Under the pieces are notes generated by a model, which searched no databases, was not told the DNA's origin, and saw only the letters and a program-made list of their open reading frames with translations. Positions 39,700 to 54,790 of a stretch of DNA of 64,000 nucleotides are shown here, one piece after another. Source of the DNA: Cetorhinus maximus (lineage: Eukaryota); assembly GCF_964194155.1 (NCBI RefSeq), contig NC_135909.1, forward strand, positions 11,594,001 to 11,658,000, in the 5' to 3' direction. The position numbers and the translations under genes were made by a program. The first letter of the stretch is position 1; each line of letters begins with the position of its first letter.

Positions 39700-42600
39700 A
39701 AAAATTTAATACCAATACACAACTCGCACAGAACTACTGAATGTAGCCTGTCGATCATGCCTGAGATGCAGGTTATGTACCAATACAGAAAACTCCCACA
39801 GTTGCATTCGATGGCAGAGACACATAGATCGAGAATGAACCCCAAACTCACATGAAAATCTAGAGACAGACATAAGAACAACAAATTCCAAATACCACAT
39901 TCAACCCAGGGACTGACTAATACAGAATTAAAGCTACTTTCATATCCATTGCCATTGACTGAAAGATGTAGAATGTAGCCCAGTGTCACATACCCTACCA
40001 GAGACTGGCAAAAGTATAATAAATTCCAGAGTCTCTTATTGTACCTGAGACTGACGGCCAAAAATAAACACATTTACGTCGAGGAGTAGAGATTGAAAAA
40101 TACAGAATGAAGTTCATAATCCCATTCGTTATTGCACAGTGACAGGTACAAATAAACCCCTCACTCACACCCTTTACAAGGTAATGACACAGAATGAGCA
40201 GCACATTCACATACAATACCAGAAACTGACAGATATTGAATGATTCCCACCCTCAGGGTCTGCCAGATGCTGATGAAAACTGAATTAATGCACACTCACA
40301 TTCAGTTTGAGAGAATGACTAACACAGAAGTATGTCCACACTCACCAAAAACTGACATACACTGCATTAATCCCACTTTATACAGGGGACCAAACCCTGA
40401 CATGCAGAAAAAAAAATCCACAGGCCTACACACAGAAAAAGACAATAAGGCATAGACCAAAAGCAGTCATTTAAAGTGCCACCGACTGACAGGCATAAGA
40501 CAAATCTCATTCACAGACAGCAACAGATGAAGAAAAAAGTAAAATCAACTTCACTGACACAATTATTTCCAGATATGGACAGCTAAAGAATGAATGCCAC
40601 ACTCACATATGTTTGGGTTAGAATTAATCTCATTCTCATGTAAATTACCTGGGAACCACTGATACAGAAAAAATAACACATCCACGTGTAAGACAAGAGA
40701 TGGACACATACAGATTGAATGCAACAATATTGCATTTCACAGGTAACTGAAAGGAAGCACTGGTTTTTAATATTTCACAAGTGATATATTGAAGCAGACT
40801 GAATCCCACTGATATAGAATCAGAGAATGATATTCATATAGTTCATCCTGCATTCCTACACAATCCCACAACTGACAGATACAAACAAAAATCAACATTT
40901 GGATACAGGACCAGAGACTGATACTTGCAGAATGAATGAAGTACACGTGTAGTCAAAGACTGATAACTGCAGAACTAAAGTCAAACTCACACTCACTTCC
41001 AGATACTGTCAGCTTCAGAATGAGCCCCACATTCACTTGTAATTCTGGGGACTCTCAATCCCGGCCAAAGAGAACAGTATCATTCCCCTAACTGTACTAT
41101 CCCCGATTGCAACTACATTTCTCTTTTCTCCCCCCACTTGAATGGCCCCCTGTGCCATGTTGCTATGGTCAGTTTGCTCATCCTCCCTACAGTCCCCACT
41201 CTCATCCACACAGGGAGCAAGAATCTCAAACCTGTTGGTTAAGGACAAGGGTTGAGGCTCCTGCAGTGCTACTTCCTGGATCCCTCTACCTGCCTCACTC
41301 ATAGTCACACCCTCCTGTCCCTGACTACTGGCCGAATTTATGGTAGTTAATCTAAGGGGTATGACTGTCTCCTGAAACAGGGCGTCCAGGTAACTCTCCC
41401 CCTCCCTGATGTGTCGCAGTTTCTGAGGCCCAGACTTTAGCTCATCAACTCTGAGCCGGAGTTTCTCGAGCAACCAACATTTGCTACAGATGTGGTCATG
41501 AGGAACCACAATGGGGTCCAACAGCAACCACACCACACAGCTGCAACACATCGCCTGGCACTGCATCTCTATTTTATTTTATTTAATTAGTTTTTCAATT
41601 TGTTGTTAAATTTCCTACTGGTCTTTAACTTATCAATCTGTAAAATATTTCTGCTATTTACCTTTCACCTGAAAGCAAATTAGAATAGAGAATCAAAATA
41701 CACTTTTTAAATCAACTGGAACTCACTCTCTCTGCTGAGTTGAAGCTGAAGTGTTAGACCTCCGATCCTGGGCCCCAATAGTCACCTTTGATCTGAAATC
41801 AACTTAGAATAGGTAGTTCAAACTAGCAGTTACTCACCAATCAATGAACTTATGATCTTCCTGTGATGTCACTCTTTGTGTTTTTTCACTCGACGACAGT
41901 GATTGCAGAGGACACTCTTCCCAGACTGCTTCCCGGCGATGGTGACTGCAGAGGATGCTCTTCCCAGACTGCTTCCCGGCCATTGGGACTGCAGAGGGCA
42001 CTCTTCCCAGACTTCCCAGATCATTCATAATGATTATTAATAGAGAGATTAAACTAATAGAATCAGTATCTTCTACCTCACCTGTACATGAATTCAAAAA
42101 TATACTTTTTACCAACAGGCAAATAATTGAAGGAACCAGAATAAATGTGATGTTTCCTCCAGCCAAATTAGAATGAAGATTCCCACCAGCTCCTTCTCAC
42201 ACACAGTATGTACATTATCACTGACAGAGCACAGAGACACTGACAAGTCATCAGTTTCACAGTCTCAGACAGCATAAATAGTTCCAAAGTAATTTTCCAT
42301 CCATGAATCAAACAGAGCAGGAGAGATAGACATTGTATCCAAGTCACCCAAACTCAGTCCTGCAGATGGAAGTGTCCATAAATCCCAGTCCAAATTCTCA
42401 CCCGCTATTAAATTCTCACTGAGTCAATCCTGCAGTCGTGCTGCCTTCGCTACAAATTAAACATCTGATAAAACTGACACATTTCCAGTTACAAGCTTAC
42501 AGGCTTAACCTTAATGATGTACACTGAGGTTCATGTTAATTGCCAGCCCAATATTCACACACATCATGGACTTATAAATTGCACCATTAATTCCCATAGT

Positions 42601-45050
42601 GTGTCCTGACATATACCTGAGATACCAGTTCAAATCTCAAGTACATTATCAGTTTGAGATATCCTGAAAGCTAGTATAACCTGAGACAGAAGTTCAGATT
42701 ATAGTTTGAAACTCACCCTTATTATGAAACTAAAAGATACAATATTAATTTGATGAATATGAACTCAGCTATAGATCACATACTAATCCTCCATCCTCGC
42801 ACAGTGTCAAGTGGAAATACTGTAACAATTCCAGACTGAGCTCCATTTTACATCCATGTCAAAGTTCTTACTCAGAATCAGACTGAATGTCACAGATCAA
42901 ATCAATTAGTACAACTTGAGTTATACTTGCACACCGATCCAGTATGAGATTAAAGGATTCATTATCTTTCCCAATTGTGTTCAAAGTGACAGATTTAATG
43001 TTGGGCCAAAACTCCCACATATCGTTTGCTTAAGCCGACCACATTAGCTGTGCTCGAAATTTATATACAATTAACCCAATCTTACAAACAGTCCCAGACA
43101 CCGAAGGTTACACAATGAATCCTCTACTCACCAGAGTACCAGTGAGCAATTATCAAACACATGTTCAGTGCCAGATGCTGAGAGACACAGACTGTTTACT
43201 GCACTCACTCACAATATTTCAGTGTGAGTGATACAAAATTATTCTGACACACCAATTATACCACTGAGAGATTGTAGAAAGGGTCTAAGAGCCAAATAGA
43301 ATCACAGGTGCTGACAAAAACAAATGGAAGTCTACATGCACATACACAGACGAACACATGCATGCTTAGACACAGAATAAATCCAATTCCACATACAATA
43401 CCAGTGAATGAAATATACCAATTGAATCCCACAATTTCATACAGTAGCAGTCACTGACAGATACAGAATGAATCTCATGCTCACAAACAGCATGAGGAAC
43501 TGAAATATATATATATGATTCCCAACTTATGTAACAATACAACAGGCATAGAATGCCATCGACAGACCCTGAATTAAACCCAGACTCACACATTAGGAGA
43601 GCCTGACAGATATATATGATTGCCATGCTCATCAACAACACCAGGGACATTCAGATATAAAATCAGCCCCAATTCCTCTATAGTACCAGAGAATGAAATG
43701 TGCAATATGAATCCTACACTCACCTACTCCCCTAGTGACAGACCAGAATGCCTGCCAAACTCATACCCACCTCCAGAGAATAACAAATGCAGACTGAAAC
43801 TACACTCCCACGGAATGCAAGAGATATTCAGATTCAGAATGGTTTCCACATTCACATACAGTAGCACTGACTGGCAAAGAGTGAAACACATGCACACTCA
43901 CAAACCACCATCACCATTAAGAAATTCAGATTGGGTCCTGTTCAATACCAGAAAGTGACTGATCGAACACATCCGTTGCATACGTCCCATTCCACTGTCA
44001 GGCTCAAGGCCTAACCCAACACTCATGCAGTCCCTGGAAATGTAAGATACAGGCTGACTATGACACAGATATATTGTACCAGATATCGACAAATGCAGAA
44101 TGAATGCAACATTCACCTACAGTTCCACGGAGAATGTATCCACACTCACATACAGTAACCAAGACTAACAGGTCCAGCGTGCCTTTCACACAGCACCTGT
44201 GAGTAACAGGCACAGAATGAATCCCACATTCACAAGTTGGATCAGAGAAGGGCCGATAAGAATGTATCTCACATTCACACACAACATGTTGACGGCTTTA
44301 GCACAACATTATAATTACTGCTTGTATAGCAAAATAGAATAAAAAGGTCATATCCACCGTTAGTAATTCTAAGACCTCCCCTTCCCCTCTTAATATAATG
44401 TGAACAATTCTTGCCTGTTGTGTCCATCTCTGATCTGTAAACTTCGACCTAGCAGAGTGTGCTGACATCTACTGGCCAGAGCCGAGAACTGCAACAGAGC
44501 GGAGGGAATTAACATGAACTGTTGGTGTTGCAGATTCCGGTCAATGTGAGGAAGTAGTGATGGGATTTGACAGGGTCGGCATAGAGTTGTAACTATTAAA
44601 TCCAATAAAAAAATCAATATAACTTATTTCTCATGGAATCTGTAGAATGTGGAACTTGTTGTCATCTTTAGCAGTTAAATCAATGAGCACAGCTGTATTT
44701 AAGGGAAAGCTAGGTAGTACAGGAGGGAGAATGGATTTCATGGACCAGCAGATAATGGTACATGAAGTATTCTGGGTGGAGCACTTTGTGGAATAATATA
44801 CCAATTAGACCAGATGGCCCAATGAAATATATTCTGGGTAGAATGAATACCAATTTCCAAAGTGTCTCAGAGACTGACAGATACATAATGAATCTTACAC
44901 TCATAGTGCACCACAGACAGCAACACAGAGTGAATCATACACTCACACACATCCCTAGAGACTGACAGATACATAATGAATCAGACACTCAAATTCTTTG
45001 CCAGAGGTATAGTGAGACAGAGTGAATCCTACACTTAAATACATACACGC
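39700..45050 (-). repeat. Minisatellite in the opposite orientation (blocks ~39700-41030, 43050-44280, 44780-45050)
   Basis: ACAGTACCAGAGACTGACAGATACAGAATGAATCCCACACTCACAT-like units. Confidence 0.75.
41033..41900 (-). mobile_element. CR1 5' end and ORF1 fragment
   Basis: ORF 41033-41566: CCSCVVW…DHICSKCWLLEKLRLRVDEL…LTNRFEIL…VVAIGDSTVRG. Confidence 0.85.
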
Positions 45051-46299
45051 TTAGAATAGTTACAGCAAAACAACAGGCCATTCAGCCCTTCATGTCCGTG
45101 GTCTTTCTGCACCAGAGCCACTCAGTTACTTTTGAACCCCAGCCCTCTCACCACAGCCTGGCAAACCTTTTCCCTTCAGGTGCTTATCCAATTCCCTCTT
45201 AACAACCCCAAATTCTCCTGTCTTTAGCATACTCTCAGGCAGTGAATTGCAGATCCTAATGGTTTCCTACATTAAAAAAAAATCCTGATGCCTCCATTAG
45301 TACTTTTGCCAACCACCATAAATCGATGCCTACTGCCCACAGGATCATTTTATTGTTATCTACACTGTCTAGAACACTTACTATTTCCAACACTTCTACC
45401 AAATCTCCTCACAGCTTTCTCTTTTCGAAGGAGAGTAACCACAGCTTATTCAATCTATCCATGTAACTAAAGCCCTCATCATTACAAACATTCTTGTAAA
45501 CCCTTTCTGCACTCTTCATAAAACCTTCACGTATTTCCAAAGGTTTGGTGCAGAAAATTAGACTAATGCTAGTGACTGTGTGACATCTTTCTGTATCTGT
45601 GCAAGGGAGCCTGTATCTGTCTGATCTCACTTGGTGTGGGAGGAGTTGTAAGGATCAGGGTATGAACTGTCTGCACAGGCAGCCCTTTTCCATAGGCACA
45701 CATGTATGTTAGAGACCGACATGTACACCTCATATCCGACACAGACACAGTGCAAGGGCCAGGCAGATATAAAATTTATCCCACAGTAACAACCAATAAT
45801 ACAATGGAAATATAAAAGCAAAATATTCTGGATGCTGGAAATCTGAAATAAACACAGGAAATGCTGGAAATACATAGCAGATCTGGAAGTACCAGTGGCT
45901 TCAGGTCATGACACTTTGTTGGAACTTGGAACGGTGAGAAATGTGACAGATTTATGTAGAAATTGTCACTTAGGAATACAGAACTTGAGTATTCCTGAAA
46001 AAAAGAGACATGGTGTCGATTTCGTTTGTCTTTCCCTCTTCAGTGTTAACAGTATCCAAATCAGTTGGTGAAGCCGAAAGCAAGACACAGAGTTTGTATT
46101 TATCGAGAGATTTTATTTACTTGTTTAGTCTCACAGCTCTGCTGCTTCACAGCCCTATTTCCCAGCTATCCCCTATGTATATGTGCTTAACCACAAATAA
46201 TACTTTATTTTCTTAAGCTAAGTAATGTAATTGATATTATGTTAACAAACCTTAAATAACTCATTGAGAATACATTAACTTACAGAGCAGATATAATTA

Positions 46300-48960
46300 T
46301 ACCAAATCTCAAAGGGAACAAAAACTTATACTGTATGAGAACGGGGTGCTGATTGGTTGACAAGTATTTGCTGATTGGTAGAGGGGTTGCCATGGGAATG
46401 CAACAGGGAAGAGTTAACTGACAAGCTTTTGTCTTATTTCAAACAGCCAAGTCGACTCTGATTGCTCCAGGCATTTCCCTGGGAAGGAATCAGGGAATGA
46501 TTGTCCACCAAGCTTTTCTTCAGTTGCACGAAGGGCAATGCGTGGACATGTCCATTTTGGTTGCCAAGGTAGTGGCCTGTGTGTGAAGAAATATATCCCC
46601 GAGCATGTGTAAGTGAGGCACACAGCGAGCTCGACAGATAATCTTCAATAGGTTATTAGGAACTATGTACAATTTTTAATGAGTGTTTGCATATGTATGT
46701 ATATATATATATATTATATATATATATATATAATGTGTATAGATAGATACATGTGTGTGTATTTTTTGTGTCAGAAATGTAGAGTCGTTCCAGTTTCACA
46801 AGTTTTTTTTTCATTTCGCCTTGGGACTTCGAAGCCTGGGTGGATCCCTGGCTGACAGGCAAGTAAAGGGGTTAGATGTTTAGTGATTTTGGGGAAAAAA
46901 GAAACACACAATAGAAAAAAAAACTCGGCTGCTGCCTACCGACAGTGTTCAAGTGACACAGAGACAGAGAAAGACAGGGACGTGTTCAATGTGCATCAAA
47001 GAGTTAAGCAGGGATGTTTTAGGCTCTTGAGAAGAGAAAATTACAAGGCTAACGGGACAGTAGTTAACTGTAGAGTCAGTTATATGAATCATTGTTGTGA
47101 TCAGTTCAGTGGTGTTGCTACTGAAACAGTGAGTATAAAGTGCAGTTATTTTGGGTGAGATAAGTCTTGGTTGATGAGGATCAAGTGAATGCTCAAGAAT
47201 TCACCTCAAGAAAACAGTTTGCACGTGTGCCAGCCCCAAGAAAGAAGCCTTTGTGACAAGCCCGTGGTAACTCTTCACTGGTTTATCCATCTGTAAAGAT
47301 ATTGCTGGGCAAAGGAATATCGGGAAATTGAATCACCTTCTTTTGTTTGTATTGAGATCTTTCTGACTGTTTTGTCCGGTTAATGTAGTCTGTTTTTCTT
47401 GTTTTGATCAATATTTTATTCTTTGTGTTCAAAGTTCATGAGCAAATACCTGTGAATTTCTTCAGAATCTTTTCTCACATCCTACACATGTTGGGTTCTA
47501 TCAAGCCAGGTTTCACTCTGGGAACTGACTTATCCAGTTTTACCATCAGCCGGGATCGTAACAGTTGTTACTGTAATTCTTAGCACAATCGGGATTGATC
47601 AGTAAGTATTGTCCTTCTGTGAAATCACACCCAATGTTGGGTACTATGTTCTGAGCTTTTCAAGCAGGATCTTGGTGAGTATGCTCAGTACTTTGCCTGT
47701 TGTTAACAGCTGAAGGCCTAAGCTGTTTGGTATGATCCAACAGTCATTGGGGCAAATGGCCACAGACCTCACATCACACTGACACTGAAATTCATATACA
47801 ACATTAGTTATTTGTGTTGTTGGAAGAACATATGTTTAGTCTTGACGGCAGCATCCTGTTAGTGGAGAATGTCACTCGTGTTGCTACTGCATAGTAGCAT
47901 TGTGAAACGGGTAGCTTTATTAGTTGTTCACGTTTTTCAGATACCGTAACCATTCCAGGGTTATGTCAGGTAGACTGGCCACTCTTCAGAACAGACTTTT
48001 CAGAACGGGCTTAGACCCATTGATGAGTTTGTGTGATAGGCAGTGAGCAATCATTTGATCGATGGAGCCATTATTCTGCAAGATAGCTTTGAAGTGCCTG
48101 ATTTTGGCATCATGTTTCATGATTAGCAAATGGCCTGGTCCCTACCTATCAGTTTGCCGACAAGACTTATCTTATACCGCATGGAACTGTGGGAATCCCA
48201 ACAGTGGCGGTGGGCTAGCAGGAGACAGTAGTAGAGAACGCATTGGCAGATTTCTCAAGTAGTACATTGAGGAAAGGGGGCTCGTTTGACTGGTAAATTT
48301 CAATGAGAATAGAGCAGGTTAGAGCCCATCAAGGTGTCACAGGAATGTTTTACATGTAGCTGCAGATGCAGATATAGAAAACACGTAATTTGTGTATCAG
48401 AAAAAGGAAAGGGATAGGATTTTAGGGGTCATTTCATTGAAGATACGTTTCTCGTGGAAATGGGCAAAGATGTTTACAACAGCTGGGCCTAGAGGGTGTC
48501 CCATGGCAACATTATCTCTTTGGGCATACACGGTGTCATTAAAAGTGAAATGAACTTCATGAGTTACTGAGTTCATATGTTCATTGAATACAGATTCAGA
48601 CAATGGCAGTGAGACTTGATCATCATGAAATAATGACATGGTGCATGTGTGAATGGCTTCCTTGAGTGGTACATTAATCAAGAGGCTAGCAAAGTCAAAC
48701 AGGCAACAAGCGCATGCGCACGCCATTGCTATCGATATGCAAGTCCTGTACGGGCTTCACAAAGGAGAAGAATCCCTTCACCGTGTATGTGGAAAACTCG
48801 CTCAGAACTGTTTGTAGCAACTCACTCAGCCATTTGGCCAATTCATGTTGTGAAGAATCAGTCAGAGATGAGATAGGATGTAAAGGGACATCACTTTTCT
48901 GAGTCTTTGGCAACCCATGTATACGTGCACACAGTGAACCATGAGGGCAAACCCTACCCT
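46300..48960 (-). mobile_element. Second-family Penelope-like element (RT and GIY-YIG), decayed, split by an insertion
   Basis: YGLPKTQKSDVPLHPISS (48695-48913), SLLINVPLKEAI…FTFNDTVYAQRDNVAMGHPLGP (48397-48726) and NVVYEFQCQCD near 47775-47806. Confidence 0.8.
46655..47562 (+). mobile_element. Solo-LTR-like insertion within the PLE
   Basis: ~0.9-kb non-coding block ending …GGATCGTAACA; PLE sequence resumes immediately after it. Contains a (TA)n tract. Confidence 0.5.
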
Positions 48961-50829
48961 ATACTCCACCAGGCAGTTCATTACTCCACACTATCATTCC
49001 GCAATTGGACAACACTTAATAAACAATCCCAATTGTGCTAAGGATTACACTTGCAGTGTGAACTAGGGAACACAGTTTATTAAATAATGGGTCCCCTATT
49101 TACGATGGAGATGAGGAGTAATTTGTTTTCAGTGGATCATTGGCCTTTGAATTATCTTCCCCAGAGAGCAGTGCAGGCTCGATAATTGAACATATTCAAG
49201 GCTGAGTTGCACATATTCTACGAGGGAGTCAAGGGTTGTGGGAGACAGGCAGGAAAGTGGGGTTGAGGGCACAATCAGATCAGCCATGATCGTGTTTAAT
49301 GGCAGAATAGGCTCGAAGGGCTGAATGACCTGCAGCTGCTCAAATCTCTAATGTTCTTCAGACTGTAACTTCTGTCCCCATTTTTACTCCTTTTTTTCAC
49401 ATTTGGTTTTAACCTCATTCTTCTGTTGCATTTGCTTTCGGGTGGCAGCTGCTCCTCATTTTTCCATTCGCACCTCTTTTTGACACATCTCAGTTTTTTG
49501 TTACTTGTTCCTTCACCTCTCCCTTTTGCCGTGCAGCACCAATTCTTTCGTCATTTAATCTCTCCTGCCATGTAGAGCTTCAGCCATCCCCTCTGTCTCC
49601 ACAGCCTCCCTTTCAGTGACTGTCCATTTGTTGGTAATAGCCTTCAGTGTTACCTTGTGTTACCTGCTAATCTTTTCTCTGCTGTTCAAGTTTACTTTTT
49701 GAGCTCTCCTCTGTACTTCCTGTTTTCTGCTTGGTTCCCTAATTTATTATGAATCTGACATCTATCATCAGCCTGTTTTTGGATTTCCAACAGAGCACAG
49801 GATGTGTAGTCAACAGCTCTCAGCTGTCCCAATATTACACTGAAATGAGCTGCCTGTTTAATTAAAGTTTTCGTTATTTAGAATGTTCTGCTCCTTCCTG
49901 ATTGTATCTTTGCTGTTGTCTCTCGGTTTAATTTACACAGCAGCTCATTCCCCTCTGCACCTAATCTCCACTTTCAACAAATCCACATTATAAACTCTTC
50001 ACTCTGCAATTTTCTGTGTTTGAGCTCCCAGGTCAATTGAGTTCTTGGTTGTAATTTCATTGTCCCACTTAATTTACCTGAAAGCAACGTTTGTGTTTGA
50101 ATTATCAACTTATTTGTACTGTAATTATAATTTATATGAATTCCATCTTGCAACAAACTGGAAGTTTTCAAATTAAAATCTAGAGATGACTGACTTGTTG
50201 TGCAAAGACCTGTCTATTCCACTCAGTTGAATAAATCCTGTCCTGAACAGAATGCTTTATCCAGGCAATATCTCTACTTGATGAACTGATGGTGCACGGA
50301 ACTCTCAGCTTTTACTCATTGATCTTCACAGGAGTTGATCCAGTTTTGTTGTCAACTTGTTTGCTGGTGTCGATATACTCGGATTCTTCGCCTGATTTCT
50401 CTCCTGTCCAAGGAAGCTCTCCGAGCGGAGTTCTCAATAATAACTTGACATTTCCTCACAGGATTTCAGTCTAAATGATTTTTGAACTATTTTATGAAAG
50501 GATTTAGTTTTGTGCATGTCTCCCTAGCTCTCCTCATGGTTAGGCAGAAAGTGTTACTGCTGTGTTGGCAAGTAGACGACAGATTTATTTGAAAAGTCAT
50601 TGTGACAGGATTTTGGGTTTGAATCAAATCACAAACCTGGTGGTGATGCATTGCGGCCCCACCTGTCACGTGACCTGCCAGGGGATGACCTCATAATTGC
50701 CCCAGTCCTGTAGCTGTGGATTGGGCGATTTGTAAAAAAACTTTCAGTGGGGCTGATGTGGTCGCATTTGGCTTTGAAAGATAAGTGTATGTCCCCAAAA
50801 CCCGTGCCAGAATTTGTGTGTAACAAAGA

Positions 50830-51075
50830 AGGTTGACACTCCAGTACAGTACTGAGGGAGGGCTGCACTATTGTAGGTGCAGCCCTTAAATAATGATGAT
50901 AAACCAAGGCCCAACCTCTTATTTTATCATAAGTGATCCCATTCCGCTGTGCTGTAGACACACAAGCAGTGGAGTTATGCCCCCGAGCACTCAATCATCA
51001 TCCCAAAGCATGTTCACATTGTTGTTTGTGGGTGTTTCCTGTGCAGAAATTGGCTGCCCCTTTCTGACAGAAAGT
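50830..51075 (+). mobile_element. Deu-domain SINE remnant
   Basis: TGACACTCCAGTACAGTACTGAGGGAGGGCTGCACT…AAACCAAGGCCC…TGTGCAGAAATTGGCTGC resembles the DeuSINE core, recognised from memory. Further fragments at ~52225-52310 and 57175-57280 (minus). Confidence 0.65.
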
Positions 51076-51224
51076 GTCTGTTCATTTTTCCTGAATCAGT
51101 TTCAGTTTTGCTTCAGAAAACATGAAATCTGACTTCAAACTCAACTCAGGTGGGACTCAAAATGACATGAAATCCATCAGCAATAACGGGTACAGGCGTT
51201 AATTGATCAGAGTGTGTGAAGGAC

Positions 51225-52117
51225 TGTTATGACGTTGCAGAAGATATGGACCAAATCCAAGAGGGATAGTTGGTCGTGTTGTCACAAGGGTTTTACATTT
51301 GTATTTATTACGAGATGTGTGCACTGAATTCAGAAGCAACATGCCTGCCAGGACATTTAGAAATTAAAAAAAAAAATTAATTAATATCTTATTAAAGATA
51401 AAAGATGTCAAGCACATACATAAGACTACAAATAGCGCTATAATAACTCCTCAAGTTACTAATTAAACTGGCCCCCTCAGTTACACGCCCTTTAAGGTTC
51501 AAAATAGATTTTAGAATTAAAGCAGACTCAGCAAGTTAACACTGTACCCTGGACAATGGAATGCCTTATGGCTTTTCTCCAACTCCCGTTTAGTTACATA
51601 GCAGACTAACGCAAAAATGCTGGAGGCTTCATTGAGGCCATTTCACACACTCCTGTTAGATCTTACATGGCCTTTTTCAACATAACCTTTCATTCTCCTT
51701 TATATATGTTCCTCTCTTCTTAATATGTAAATTCTATAGACCCAGCTCTCGATGAAATTGTATCATCTTCACAATATAAAAAACTCCCATGTCGCCACTA
51801 TTTCCAGTAACCTTTGGGAAAAATCAACATGTTCCTTAGCCTTGCTTATCTGACTAGTTGTATACAGACTGAGATACCGTTGAAATCCAAATATCCCTTC
51901 AATTATGTAAAATTGCAAATTCCCTTCACACTTTACATGCTAATCCAGGTTCCATGTTTACTCATTAGCATGTCAAGCACCCAGCTTCTTTTGATAAGTT
52001 AAACATGACTCCAAATGTAATTACATTACACGCAGACAGACCCAGCTATACTTACCCCATAAAATTACTTCGCAATAAACCAGAAAATTATTATGAAACT
52101 GTTATACTTGCTTGACA
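51225..52117. mobile_element. Solo-LTR candidate
   Basis: TGTTATGAC…CTTGACA termini flanked by GGAC/GGAA. Confidence 0.45.
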
Positions 52118-54029
52118 GGAACTAATGCTTTCTGTGTAAAGCATTGATTTCAATAAGTAAATAAACTCAGTGTACCACTCCAGGCTAATCCTGAGCAATA
52201 ACTAGTGGCAGGTTTTTAAAGCGATGAAAGATTTCCCAGCGCTATTAAAGGAGCACAGTGATTTCTCTTGCTGCCCTGACCAACATCCCTGACTCAATAA
52301 CACCACCAAAAAGAGCTGCACACGGAGAACTAACGGAAGGGTCAAAGTTTAATATAGAAAACCATACCCATTCCAGATTTCCAAAAGGACACATTGATCT
52401 TCAGAAAACATTCTTCATCAACTCCAATATCTGATCAGTGAGAAACAGGTGTCTCCACCCGCTTGGCTTCATTATGTGCGGAAATTGGAATTGTCTTGTT
52501 TCACAAGCTCATGAAAGTACCTGGGAGCAGTTTATTGTATTTCAATGAGAAATTGTCATCTGATATTTAAAAAATTAACACAGAAAATGTTTGTAACATG
52601 GAGCAGGTTTGTTCATCACAGGATTAATACAAGCTCAATTCTCCTTCCAATGAATGAGGCATGTCGACATTGAGAGAATATTAACAGAGAGGAAAACAAT
52701 TGCTTTCTAATTCTGCTCCCCTGCTGACTATTCCCAAAATCACCATGGAAATGGGGCAATAGACCGATTTCAATTTCCAAATGCTGATCAAAGGATTGGC
52801 AGCTGGTAAAATATGGGAAATGCAGGTTGGAGAGGATAATTTTCTTCCTGCAGGATTTCTTGGGAGACGAGTTGTGTGTGGAACTGTAGCTCAGCACTAG
52901 AGATTGTCAATGTTGAGAGAATAATAGGACCAACAAGTGATGACACTTCATTTCAGTTCCTTCCAGATTTAGTTTTTCTTTATGAATTCGTGGTGGAGGA
53001 ACAAAAGTAAAGTAATCTTCCCCCAAGTTTGTCCTACCATTTAATGAACTCATGACTGGTCTGTCTTTTTGTTCCATTTATCCCTCTTTGTTTCGTAATC
53101 CTTAAAACACTTAACAAACAAGAGCTATCGATTTCAGTTTGGAACTTTTCGGTTGACCCCCAGCGTTTACAGTTGTTTGGGGGAGGGAGTTTCTACCATC
53201 CTTTGTGTAAAGACGTACTTCCTGAAATTACCTTTGAAAGGCTTCATTCTAATTTAAAGGTTAAGCCCCCTTGTTGAGGGCACCACCCCCACACCCGGCC
53301 CCCGCCTCCCGTCGCACCAGAGGTAACAGTTTCTTTCTATCTACCCTGTCAAATCATTCAAGCACCATAAACATCTCAGTTGGATCACCCCTTAGTCTCT
53401 GATATTCACGGCATTACAATACTAGTATTTACAATCTGTCCTCGTCATTTGAATCTGGTATCACTCTGATGAAATTCTGCTGCCCCCACTCCAAGGCCAA
53501 TCTAACATCCCTCAGGTCAGTTGTCAGGAACAGAACGCATTGATCTAAACAGGGTTTTATACACCTGTAATATGATTCCCAATATTTCGTATTCTATTAC
53601 TCTTAGATATTATTTTTATCTTCCAGTTCACGAGCTTTTAATGATGTCTGTTCATCTCTCTCGGCTCCTCCACAGTTTTGAGAATCTCACCACAAAAATA
53701 AACAACCTTTTCTATATATTATAGGTTTAATTAGATGGCCCTTCACTTTAAAGCTCATTTGCTAAAACTTGCTCACTCACTGAACTTATCAAGAAAATGT
53801 CAAACTAAATGTGTTCCGCAAGGACAATGTTATTTTTTTCTGCTCCATCGCCATTAACTTTTCCAGCTGCTCTTTCAGCCACTGTAAATCTGAAGAATGA
53901 AAGGGAAGGAAAAGTCCTGCTCCCTTTCCTGAATCCTATTTGTTCATCAATCCAATAAACCTAGATAAAGAACTGTAATAGCTCAATATCAATTTTGATT
54001 AAGTCTGAAATATTCCATTAAAAAAAATC

Positions 54030-54790
54030 ATTCTAGGTATTTGGACTTCGCTGGTTTGGACAACAATTATTGCCCATCCCTAATTGCCCTTGAGAACGTG
54101 GTGGTGACCTGCCTTCTTGAACCTCTGCAGTCCATGTGGTGTAGGTACGTCCACAGTGCTGTCAGGAAGGGAGTTCAAGGACTTTTACCAGCGACATTGA
54201 AGGAACAGCAATATATTTCCAATTCATGGCTTGAAGGGGAATTTCCAGGTGGTGGTGTTCCCATCTATCTGCTGACCTTGCCGTTCTATATTGTAGTGGT
54301 CCAGGGTCTGGATGGTGCCGTCGAAGGAGCCTTGGTGAGTTCCTGCAGTACACCTTGAACATGGTACACACTGCTGCTACTGTGCGTCGGCGGTGGAGGG
54401 AATGAATGTTTTTGGATGCGGTCTCCATCATGCGAGCTGCTTTGCCTTGGATGTTGTAAAGCTTCTTGGGTGGTGTCGGAGCTGCACTCATCCAGGCAAG
54501 CGGGGAGCATTCAATCACACTCCTGACTTGTGCCCTGTAGATGGTGGAAAGGCTTTGGGGAGCCTGGACGTGAGTTACTCATCGCACAATCCCTGGCCGC
54601 TGACCTGCTATTGTAGCCATAATGTTTATATGGGTATTCCAGTTCAGGTTCTTGTCAATGGTAACTCCCAGGATGTTGATAGTGGGGGATTCAGCGATGG
54701 TAATGCCATTGAACATCAAGGTAATAGTTGGATTCTTACTTCTTGGAGATGATTATTGCCTGACACTTGTGAGGTGCAAATGTTACTTGA
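54030..54790 (-). mobile_element. LINE 3' fragment (likely partner of the tRNA-derived SINE)
   Basis: ORF 54162-54518 MIECSPLAWMSAAPT…IHSLHRRRTVAAVC; tail shared with the SINE. Confidence 0.8.

Noticed and set aside
43366-43958. Cys/His-rich ORFs suggesting C2H2 zinc fingers
   Set aside because: Products of the TG/CA-rich minisatellite; no CxxC-12-HxxxH spacing or TGEKP linkers.
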